Shown: positions 19,577 through 27,117 of the stretch, piece by piece
How the letters are laid out: the number at the start of each line of letters is the position of its first letter
Numbering within the stretch: position 1 is the first letter of the stretch
Virus record (IMG/VR): IMGVR_UViG_3300033402_000750
Location: 1 to 36,562 of that record
Reading direction: 5' to 3' (one strand)
Origin: a virus
Taxonomy: Duplodnaviria; Caudoviricetes
DNA: 36,562 nucleotides
Translations under genes and position numbers: made by a program
The notes under the pieces: generated by a model
The model's database searches: none
What the model was told of the DNA's origin: nothing
Seen by the model: the letters and a program-made list of their open reading frames with translations, nothing else

Positions 19577-20284
19577 ATGCCAACAAAAATTCAAAAAGCT
19601 ATCACAAAAATTGTAATAGCCATATTAATTACCCTTGCTGCATTATGCTTATTATTTGTGGGTGTAATTGTTTATCCCCCGTTGCAACCATACTACCTCT
19701 TCTATTCCAACGCATTTGAAAATTTTATGGTACTCTTCCTTGGAGCTGTATTTGCGGGACTTGCTGGTGTTATAGCCGTTCTCCTTCAGAAGGAATCAGA
19801 TCTTGAAACAGATAGAGTATTTTTCGCAAATGTGTTTCTTGAAGAACTCGAAAAACTCAAAGGATTTATTTCTGAAATTCATGAAAAAGGTATTAATTCC
19901 AAAGATTTTGTTAAAGGTCCGATTGAAAGCCTTTCGCCGTTCGATTGGGATTTGGAGATGGAATTGGTTGTATATTTACGTTCAAATAAATATTACATAA
20001 TCAAAAAAGATTACTCTTTCATCGATAAAAAAAGTCCTTTTGAGTTATTTTATTCAAAAATTTACCTTTTGGAGAATCAAACACTAATTGATGATTTAAG
20101 AAAATTGGTTGTTCTGTTAGATTACGCAAATTCTGTTTTAACAGATTATTATGACCATTATGGTGATGACGATAGGACCCATGAGTTAGAATCCAGGAAA
20201 ATTTATCATTTCCTTAAGCAACTTGAAGAAATTGAAGAAAAAATTAATAAAATTCTCTCCGAACAGGAACTTAAAAAAGTTTGA
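19577..20284 (+). CDS. Two-TM N-terminal membrane protein with helical soluble domain
   Basis: Two strong hydrophobic helices in the first 70 aa; 10 nt downstream of cyclase B. Confidence 0.7.
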   Translation: MPTKIQKAITKIVIAILITLAALCLLFVGVIVYPPLQPYYLFYSNAFENFMVLFLGAVFAGLAGVIAVLLQKESDLETDRVFFANVFLEELEKLKGFISEIHEKGINSKDFVKGPIESLSPFDWDLEMELVVYLRSNKYYIIKKDYSFIDKKSPFELFYSKIYLLENQTLIDDLRKLVVLLDYANSVLTDYYDHYGDDDRTHELESRKIYHFLKQLEEIEEKINKILSEQELKKV

Positions 20285-20313
20285 AACTTTCCTATTAACA
20301 ACTTCGCAACCCA

Positions 20314-20334
20314 GACTTTTCTTTATATCGGTTT
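20314..20334 (+). promoter_or_regulatory. Conserved promoter copy (GACTTTTCTTTATATCGGTTT)
   Basis: GAC is 37 nt before ATG 20351; one mismatch to the copy at 2189. Confidence 0.75.
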
Positions 20335-20350
20335 TCGGTAATGGGTTTCC

Positions 20351-20710
20351 ATGTACGGGACTGCCCTCCTACTGACGGAAACCGGTGATATCGCCCTGAC
20401 ACCAACAGGGCAGATGACGATGATAACCGGCAGCGACAAGGTTGTCCAGGACCTGACCGTCCTGCTGAAATCCTCTGCAGGAACCTATCCGTTCAGTTCA
20501 GGCTGGGGGGTCAACTATTCCGCAATCGTAGCGGCGAACGGCAACAAGTCACTGATCCAGTCTATTATCGAGACGGCCCTGCAGCAGTACCCATATACAA
20601 AATCGGTGGATTCTGTGACCGTCTCATTTAACGCGAATAGGCAGCTCGCGATATCAGTCCAGATCACAACTTCGGAGAATGAACAAATCAGTGTAGGAAT
20701 ATCGACATGA
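20351..20710 (+). CDS. Baseplate wedge / sheath initiator (gp25/gp46-like)
   Basis: GDIAL...ITGSDKVVQDL...GTYPF...WGVNY. Confidence 0.8.
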   Translation: MYGTALLLTETGDIALTPTGQMTMITGSDKVVQDLTVLLKSSAGTYPFSSGWGVNYSAIVAANGNKSLIQSIIETALQQYPYTKSVDSVTVSFNANRQLAISVQITTSENEQISVGIST

Positions 20711-21801
20711 CAGACTACGGTGTCACGCCAAACGGGTTCGTGAAAAAAACCTACGACACGATCCTTTCCGAGATGAGCGAACAGGCAGTCACATCGTTCG
20801 GAGGTTCGATAGACCTCTCGCCGACCTCGGTGTTTTACCAGTTCCTCCAAACCATCGCGCTCGAGAGCGCAGCGGAATGGGAAACGCTCGAGGCGATGTA
20901 TTACGCCGCATATACCAACACGGCCACCGGTGCAAACCTCGACGCTATTGTCGTGCAGTTCGGGTTCGTCCGCCTCCCGGCCACGACTGCCACGGGTTCA
21001 GTGACGTTCAGCTGCGCGATCGCACCAATCGTCAACATAACAATCCCGGCGGGAACTACGATATCAACAGTTTCCGGGCTCAGTTATACCACAGATACGG
21101 CAGTGACAATCCTGACCGGGCAAACATCAGTGTCCGTGACGGTTACCGCATCCCAGCCCGGGTACCTGTGGAATGTCAGCTCGAACGCCATTGTAGCGTT
21201 CAGCACCCCGGTTGCCGGTGTCGACTATGTTACTAATCCCAGTCCGACTACAGGAGGTACCAATCTGGAATCGGACGCTGCACTGAGAGTCCGGGTCGCC
21301 AACTACGCTCCCGGTGCGAGAGGGACATTGGTTGCAATCCAGAACGCGGTCATGGCAGTTCCCGGTGTCACGGCCTGTTTCATCAGCGAGGATACGGTCG
21401 GCCACACGATCACGGCGACGGTGAACGGAGGGCTTGCCGCTAATATTCTGGCAGCCTTGAATGCGACACGACCCTGCGGGATCGCTGCCAGTCTCGTCCT
21501 GCCGGTACCGCAGACCATTATCGTGACAGTCTCCGTGACCCGGTTGCCAGGATACCTGCAGCCGACAGTTCTGGCAAACATCCAGACCGCGCTCAGTACC
21601 TACTTCAGCGGCCTGCAGATCGCGTCATCCATCATCTACAGCTCAGTTGCCGCAGCGGTCATGCAGGCCCAGGGCGTCGCTGCTATCACGGCCCTCTCCA
21701 TCACCGGGGATTCACAGACCATCTCGTCGTTCGGTTCGTCGATCATCCTGCTCAACAGCCAAGTTCCTGTTCCGGGAACGCATGTAATCACGGTGCAGTA
21801 A
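20707..21801 (+). CDS. Baseplate J/gp47-like protein
   Basis: YGVTPNGF, TATGANLD, VTNP..TTGGTNLESDAALR.R, AVPGV motifs. Confidence 0.9.
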   Translation: MTDYGVTPNGFVKKTYDTILSEMSEQAVTSFGGSIDLSPTSVFYQFLQTIALESAAEWETLEAMYYAAYTNTATGANLDAIVVQFGFVRLPATTATGSVTFSCAIAPIVNITIPAGTTISTVSGLSYTTDTAVTILTGQTSVSVTVTASQPGYLWNVSSNAIVAFSTPVAGVDYVTNPSPTTGGTNLESDAALRVRVANYAPGARGTLVAIQNAVMAVPGVTACFISEDTVGHTITATVNGGLAANILAALNATRPCGIAASLVLPVPQTIIVTVSVTRLPGYLQPTVLANIQTALSTYFSGLQIASSIIYSSVAAAVMQAQGVAAITALSITGDSQTISSFGSSIILLNSQVPVPGTHVITVQ

Positions 21802-22997
21802 TGTCACTCAGAACCCCTGTGATGGCATCCCGGCTGAGCTCCGCCTTTCCGGGTTCCCCGGGTTCGAACATCTACTGGATCCTCGATACGGTCGCAGCTG
21901 AGCTTGATGCAGTCGATTCGGCAGCAGATGGACTTCCGGCCAGTCAGTACATCTGCACTGCCACGGGTCAGAGCCTCAACAACATCGCTGCAGGATTCGG
22001 TCTTACCCGTTTAGCCGGGGAATCGGATCCGATGCTCGCTGCGAGACTGAACGCAACCCTGCTGCTGAAACGGTCCTGCGGTACAGTATCCGATATCCTG
22101 GCGGTCGTCACCTCAATTACCGGGGTGCCAGCGTCCAATGTCACCATCACCGAAACCCCGGCTGCGTTCTCCCTGCAGTTCTACGGCCAGATCCAGCAGC
22201 CGTTCTCCCTGGATACCCTGAACAGCTGCATTCTCCAGCAGAAGGCACAGGGCATCGCGTTCCTGGTCGCCCAGACATCATTCCTGCTGGACATGATGCC
22301 AACTGAGGCAGGCATGACCGCGTCGAGTTACTGGACCCGCTGCGCCACTCCCGGCGGCTGGGGCTGGAACTGGTGCTGTGAACCGTGGGGCGGGATGGTC
22401 ATCGGAACGAACATGAAACTGACCTCAATGTCCGCTCTGCAGGCCGTGATGACCGGGAACGGGTGGGGAATGCAGTGGGGAGCGAACTGCTGGGGCGGTC
22501 TCTGTGCTGGCGTTAATATTCCGGCATTCGGAACGTGGACACCAGTACAATACCTGAGGAGCGACCCGGATGGATGGGGTAACAGCTGGGGCACGATGCC
22601 GTGGGGCGGACTCAACGCCGGGCTTGCGGTAGTCTGGCCGTTCTACCTCTCAGCATTCCTCACGTCAGATTCCGGAACGAAAGCGACCGGGGGAACAAGT
22701 CTCGTATCCCTGTTCTGCAGCCTCCCGACATACTGGACATCAAACGGATGGGGTCAATCGTGGGGATCCTCAAACCTGTGGGGCGGCCTGATCAGTGGCA
22801 CGAAGATGTTGCTCACAACGATCACCGGTTTGGCTATGCCGCTCGTGCAGACAGCGAATGGGTGGGGACAAGTCTGGTGCGGACAGAATTATTGGGGCGG
22901 GTTGGTCGGTGGCACGAAGATGTCACTCACCCAGATAACAGCGATTATCCAGTCGTTCGGCTGGGGTCAGTCGTGGGGGGCAACATGGGGCATGTAA
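21801..22997 (+). CDS. Baseplate gpI/gp48-like protein with Trp/Gly repeat extension
   Basis: TATGQSLN.IA..FGLTR..GESD N-terminus; six GWGxxW..WG repeats in the C-terminal half. Confidence 0.75.
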   Translation: MSLRTPVMASRLSSAFPGSPGSNIYWILDTVAAELDAVDSAADGLPASQYICTATGQSLNNIAAGFGLTRLAGESDPMLAARLNATLLLKRSCGTVSDILAVVTSITGVPASNVTITETPAAFSLQFYGQIQQPFSLDTLNSCILQQKAQGIAFLVAQTSFLLDMMPTEAGMTASSYWTRCATPGGWGWNWCCEPWGGMVIGTNMKLTSMSALQAVMTGNGWGMQWGANCWGGLCAGVNIPAFGTWTPVQYLRSDPDGWGNSWGTMPWGGLNAGLAVVWPFYLSAFLTSDSGTKATGGTSLVSLFCSLPTYWTSNGWGQSWGSSNLWGGLISGTKMLLTTITGLAMPLVQTANGWGQVWCGQNYWGGLVGGTKMSLTQITAIIQSFGWGQSWGATWGM

Positions 22998-23002
22998 CCC
23001 CC

Positions 23003-23034
23003 GACTTTTCTTCATAAGCGGAATCCCCGCCTAT
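23003..23034 (+). repeat. Promoter copy, direct repeat 1 (GACTTTTCTTCATAAGCGGAATCCCCGCCTAT)
   Basis: 38 nt before ATG 23041; imperfect repeat of 23434-23465. Confidence 0.7.
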
Positions 23035-23040
23035 ATCCTT

Positions 23041-23448
23041 ATGAGAAAACCGCATTACCAGGCGAAACTCATGGTGGCGATCTATATCTCCACCCTCATT
23101 AGGCTGATATTCCCGGAACTGTCAAACCCGCCGCCTCCTGCATCCGCAGTCATCTCCGGAAGCGTGACCAACTCAAATGCAGCTCCCGACAATGTGGTTG
23201 TCGGCATCACCGTCTCCGCAGCGCTCGCAGGGACTCCAACCGTCAACGAAGTAACCACCGTGACTGACGCGAACGGGAACTTCACCCTGCCGGCACTCGC
23301 GAACGGAACCTACCTCGTCACCGCACTCTTCGCCAATGCAGACGGATCCACGCTCGGGGCATCCGAGACCGTGACCCTCGCAGGAGCGAATGTAACGGCG
23401 CCGGTTTTGGCACTGGTAAGAATATCAGCCTTCGACTTTTTTTTATAA
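23041..23448 (+). CDS. Ig/transthyretin-like (carboxypeptidase-regulatory-like) domain protein
   Basis: ISGSVTN, TVTDANGNFTLPALANGTYLVTA motif; Pro linker. Confidence 0.75.
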   Translation: MRKPHYQAKLMVAIYISTLIRLIFPELSNPPPPASAVISGSVTNSNAAPDNVVVGITVSAALAGTPTVNEVTTVTDANGNFTLPALANGTYLVTALFANADGSTLGASETVTLAGANVTAPVLALVRISAFDFFL

Positions 23449-23465
23449 GCGGATACCCCGCCTAC
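23434..23465 (+). repeat. Promoter copy, direct repeat 2 (GACTTTTTTTTATAAGCGGATACCCCGCCTAC)
   Basis: 38 nt before ATG 23472; contains the stop codon of the upstream gene. Confidence 0.7.
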
Positions 23466-23471
23466 AATGGT

Positions 23472-23597
23472 ATGCAAACCGATCACAACACGGGATGCGG
23501 CATTGCTCTTGGGTTCAGGAGCGAGGTTGTACCGATAATCGCCGGAGAACCCCCGGTTCAAACAGGAGGTGACGCACCTGACCCAGTCACCCACTAA
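23472..23597 (+). CDS. 41-aa leaderless ORF (not in track), or frameshifted N-terminus of the next gene
   Basis: ATG at the exact motif spacing; MQTDHNTGCGIALGFRSEVVPIIAGEPPVQTGGDAPDPVTH*. Confidence 0.4.
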   Translation: MQTDHNTGCGIALGFRSEVVPIIAGEPPVQTGGDAPDPVTH

Positions 23598-23970
23598 CGG
23601 GATCGGACAGGACATCACCGACGCCGGGCTGGCGGCTCTCGCAGCGCTCTTTTGCGGGCAGCCCGGCAGTGCGCCGTTCCTCAATGTGGTTCTCGGAACC
23701 GGCGGCTCGCTTCCAATCAACGCGAACACCACCCTTGATGCTCAGGTTCTAAGTATGCCGGCGGCCATCACGGTTGTCGGCCCGCAGGTCACGCTCCAGA
23801 TCCAGGTCAATCCCGGGGTCCTGAACTGCAACATCCAGGAGATGGGGATCACCAACGCGAATGGCGTCCTGTATTACCGTGAGACCCAGGCACCGATGAC
23901 CCTCAGCGCAACGGTAGGCGGGATCTTCATCCTGCGGGGGACGTTCGGCAGGAACATCGTGACCTGTTAA
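23569..23970 (+). CDS. Tail fibre attachment/collar protein (DUF3751-like)
   Basis: ITDAGLAALA, VVLGTG, IQEMGI..ANGVLYYR; start uncertain (GTG 23569 or CTG 23578). Confidence 0.72.
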   Translation: MTHLTQSPTNGIGQDITDAGLAALAALFCGQPGSAPFLNVVLGTGGSLPINANTTLDAQVLSMPAAITVVGPQVTLQIQVNPGVLNCNIQEMGITNANGVLYYRETQAPMTLSATVGGIFILRGTFGRNIVTC

Positions 23971-23981
23971 GGAGGAAAACC

Positions 23982-24182
23982 ATGGGAACTACTACACCAA
24001 ACTTTCTGCTCTACATGCCGGCGGCCGGGGAAATGAACTGTGCGACACAGGTCAACGGCAACTTTTCCACCATTGATACGCAGTTAGAGGCTCACGCGGT
24101 TGCCATCACCGCGATTCCAGCGCAGATCGCAGCAGCGAACACGACGTCACTTATGACTATCACCGTTCGGTGCTGGAGGTAA
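23982..24182 (+). CDS. Short fibre N-terminal anchor-like protein
   Basis: TTPNFLLYMP....VNGNFSTIDTQL, typical of fibre anchoring segments; RBS GGAGG. Confidence 0.6.
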   Translation: MGTTTPNFLLYMPAAGEMNCATQVNGNFSTIDTQLEAHAVAITAIPAQIAAANTTSLMTITVRCWR

Positions 24183-24187
24183 GAACA

Positions 24188-25549
24188 ATGGTTCACGACG
24201 CATTAGTAACCACAATGGGACGGATTCACCTACCGAACTCACTTTCGGGACCAATGCACGGTTTACCGTCCTACTACGGAACGGCAGTTCACCGTCACTA
24301 CATGTTTGACCCGACAACCAACCTGATCACATGGACGCCGATGTCAATCGCATGGCAGGGTTCACAACGGGAAGATGTGTGTGAGTTTAACGGCTCATAT
24401 TACCGGTCAGTCGGGGCTAACGGCAACTACCTCTATGCCTACCAGAGCGGCGTATGGACGAATATAGTTCTCACGAACCTGTCCTATTGCGGCCCGATGG
24501 TAGTTTATGGGGGCGTTCTGACGGCAGGGTCCGGGGCTGGCGGGTGGGTATACCAGTATACAGGAACTACATGGAACGCTTTGGGCTCTGCACCCACCGG
24601 TTACAGTCAGATCGTCCGTCTGGTTGTCATGGGCGGGTATCTCTATGCAGCCTGTAACAACGGCACCGTTTTCATGTGGCAGTCACCGAACTGGGTAAAG
24701 GTCGGCTCGACTATTGCAGAAGCGGCGATCTCCTGGATGGAACTGATCGGCGGCAACCTCTATATCACGACGCCAACCGGTAAGGTCTACCAGTGGAACA
24801 CCACTACCTCGACGTGGGTAAGTCTCGGTATCCCCTGTTCCGGGCTTACTAACGTCCTGCACATCAGGGACAACGGATCCGGACTTGTCACTATGGCTTG
24901 TTGGGATAACGGGCAGGTCTGGCAGTATAACGGGACCGCATGGGTGCAGCTCGGAACCGCCGGGGTCACAATCATGGCGAACGGGGGTTACACGGAACCG
25001 CTGCCGGTAACGTTCTCGGGATCTCATCAGTTCAATGTCGTGGATCTCTGCGTGTTGAACGGCAACCTTTACGCCTATGTTCACGATAACGGCAGTTATG
25101 GGGTGGAATACCTCGTTTTGTGGAACCCAACCGGTGCAGTCTGGAAATCATACGCACGGTGGGCTCTCCCGTGGATCGATGTCCGGCAGGCAAACAACGG
25201 TTTCATGGTGATCGACAAACCTGCCGTTGGTGGCACGATTGCCATTATGCCGGATTACGGGGTGACTCTGCGGGTAACGGAAATCTTTGCGAGCAAGTGG
25301 AACTGTGCAGGCACTACCCCAACAGTCGGACACACCCCGATGGTATCAGCGTATACCGCCATGCAGGGAATAGGAACTGCTATACCCTTTGTAGCCGGGG
25401 CAGCCGGTACTGAGTCTGCATTCTGTCAGGGACTTTCCCGGGATTTCCTGCTCACTCATGAACACATCATGATCTTGACGAACGGGACCGGTATTATCGC
25501 ACCTATTGGCTGTCACGGATTACAGCACGTAGGGGGACACCAAGCATGA
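24188..25549 (+). CDS. Beta-propeller putative receptor-binding protein
   Basis: RBS GGAGGT, ATG 24188; repeats G.VYQY.GT.W..LG / V.GG.LY. Confidence 0.7.
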   Translation: MVHDALVTTMGRIHLPNSLSGPMHGLPSYYGTAVHRHYMFDPTTNLITWTPMSIAWQGSQREDVCEFNGSYYRSVGANGNYLYAYQSGVWTNIVLTNLSYCGPMVVYGGVLTAGSGAGGWVYQYTGTTWNALGSAPTGYSQIVRLVVMGGYLYAACNNGTVFMWQSPNWVKVGSTIAEAAISWMELIGGNLYITTPTGKVYQWNTTTSTWVSLGIPCSGLTNVLHIRDNGSGLVTMACWDNGQVWQYNGTAWVQLGTAGVTIMANGGYTEPLPVTFSGSHQFNVVDLCVLNGNLYAYVHDNGSYGVEYLVLWNPTGAVWKSYARWALPWIDVRQANNGFMVIDKPAVGGTIAIMPDYGVTLRVTEIFASKWNCAGTTPTVGHTPMVSAYTAMQGIGTAIPFVAGAAGTESAFCQGLSRDFLLTHEHIMILTNGTGIIAPIGCHGLQHVGGHQA

Positions 25550-25881
25550 TCGGCGATTTAATTGAGATCTACGGAACGGGGCAGGTAATTTATCAGCCCC
25601 CGGCGGGTAAGTGCGTCATCTTCAAGAAGTTCCACGGGGCAACCGGGCCATGCCCTCAATACCCGTTTTACATCACCAACGGGGATTTCAAGTGTGTTCT
25701 CCGGTGCGGATTAGCTGCCAGCTCGGATTACGGGACGAACTTTGACAACGGTACCATGGAAGGTATCTCGAAAACCGAGTGGAAATTTTACTGCACCCGT
25801 AACGCCTACATGACGAGCAACGTAAACGAGAGTTTCTTCTTCATTCAAGGATTGAGCTTCAATGAATGGACCCCAACTTAA
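25546..25881 (+). CDS. Small beta-rich tail-associated protein
   Basis: ATGA overlap; IYQPPAGK. Confidence 0.55.
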   Translation: MIGDLIEIYGTGQVIYQPPAGKCVIFKKFHGATGPCPQYPFYITNGDFKCVLRCGLAASSDYGTNFDNGTMEGISKTEWKFYCTRNAYMTSNVNESFFFIQGLSFNEWTPT

Positions 25882-26287
25882 CCCCTATAAACCCGGTGAC
25901 TGGATGGGGATGATCCCCCAGCTCAAACGCAGCAAGGATCCGGTATTTATGCCGGAACGGAATGCGACGGCCGATCAAGTCGGAAAGGTTGTAAGTGCCG
26001 TGAATGTCCGCCGGGTCTGGAATGATCCGCAGACACAGGCAGATGAGGACAACAGCCAGAACGACCTTACCGAGAAGATCAATCTCGGGTATGCCAACGT
26101 GTGCATAGTCCGGTCTGACTCTGGCACACCGCACGGGATCAGGGCAACCGTTCCCCCGGATCATCCTCACGCACAGCCTCCGGCACCGGTCGAGGAGTCC
26201 GCACCGATCAAAGTAGATATGTCGGCAGCGGATAACCCAGCTCCCGATACCACGCCAGCCAAGAAGAAGGGCAAAACCACCTCTTAA
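25862..26287 (+). CDS. Hypothetical protein with Pro/Lys-rich tail
   Basis: ORF overlaps the previous gene; viral codon usage. Confidence 0.55.
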   Translation: MNGPQLNPYKPGDWMGMIPQLKRSKDPVFMPERNATADQVGKVVSAVNVRRVWNDPQTQADEDNSQNDLTEKINLGYANVCIVRSDSGTPHGIRATVPPDHPHAQPPAPVEESAPIKVDMSAADNPAPDTTPAKKKGKTTS

Positions 26288-26293
26288 TTTCCC

Positions 26294-26310
26294 GACTTTT
26301 TTTTATAAGG
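26294..26310 (+). promoter_or_regulatory. Conserved promoter copy (GACTTTTTTTTATAAGG)
   Basis: The +38 position falls on the GGTGA RBS of GTG 26342 (short leader). Confidence 0.68.
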
Positions 26311-26341
26311 CACTCAGTCGACCGACTGCTGGTGAATTGAA

Positions 26342-26779
26342 GTGTCTAACGCATTTAATCAGAACGGTGTTGTCCAGATTCTCGGGATCTACGGGGATTC
26401 AGCATATGCTCATCCCCCGGCACCCATGGCTTCGTTCGATGTGAACCAGGTTCCGGAGATGTTTTTCGATTACCTCCCGAAACAGAACGGCGAAGTAGTT
26501 TTCTGTGTGGAAATCGACGGTGTGGAACTCAAGGACTGTTCGGAACAGGGTACGAATGTCGAGATTGAAACTGACCCCAAGCAGATCGCGAGACGGGCTT
26601 TCCCCTTCTGGATTCCGCCTCAATACCGGACCGTCGGGAACCATGTTGTCACGGTCAAAGCCGGGCATGTCGAGACGTACCGGAACCTCCTGCTTCAGTC
26701 ATGTGTGCGTCCCGTCTGGGATATCAGCCAGAATTTCACCCTGACGTTCACCGGCATTCCTGCGGATAACCGCAACTAA
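26342..26779 (+). CDS. Hypothetical beta-sandwich protein
   Basis: GNHVVTVKAG...QNFTLTF Ig-like C-terminus; RBS GGTGA. Confidence 0.55.
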   Translation: MSNAFNQNGVVQILGIYGDSAYAHPPAPMASFDVNQVPEMFFDYLPKQNGEVVFCVEIDGVELKDCSEQGTNVEIETDPKQIARRAFPFWIPPQYRTVGNHVVTVKAGHVETYRNLLLQSCVRPVWDISQNFTLTFTGIPADNRN

Positions 26780-26799
26780 ACCAATTTTTGAGGTTTTCT

Positions 26800-27117
26800 A
26801 TGACGGATAATGCACAGCCGGCACCAGCAAAAACTTATTCTCTTCTCCCGACCACAAACGATCAACGGATGGCTTTTTTCTTCGGGTTGAAAGATGGCAT
26901 GAAATTCTGGCAGATCCAGATGATACCCTACTCCAAGATCGATGATCTGGATACTTCCCCGGATATCAAAGCTGCCCTGAAAAATGAATACTGGTACTAC
27001 ACGCTCGGGGCTGATGTACTGCAATACGTGGTGGCGATGGGGGCGATCCTCTACATGGGAGTCACGAACGCCCCGGCTCTGATGACCATCGTAACCAAAG
27101 CGGCGGGGATCGGATGA
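26800..27117 (+). CDS. Small membrane protein (holin candidate)
   Basis: RBS GAGGT, ATG 26800; C-terminal hydrophobic helix. Confidence 0.5.
   Translation: MTDNAQPAPAKTYSLLPTTNDQRMAFFFGLKDGMKFWQIQMIPYSKIDDLDTSPDIKAALKNEYWYYTLGADVLQYVVAMGAILYMGVTNAPALMTIVTKAAGIG

Noticed and set aside
12404-22997. Extracellular contractile injection system / T6SS interpretation (sheath, tube, spike, PAAR, baseplate)
   Set aside because: Intact capsid, scaffold, neck genes, a frameshifted chaperone and an integrase point to a virus. No eCIS-type AAA ATPase or cap gene was recognised.
21801-25881. Diversity-generating retroelement or invertible fibre cassette
   Set aside because: No reverse transcriptase, serine invertase, TR/VR pair or inverted crossover sites seen. 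The repeats are protein-level only.
2189-26310. Repeated GAC motif as CRISPR repeat or integron attC site
   Set aside because: Copies are kilobases apart, non-palindromic and at constant distance from start codons, which fits a promoter.
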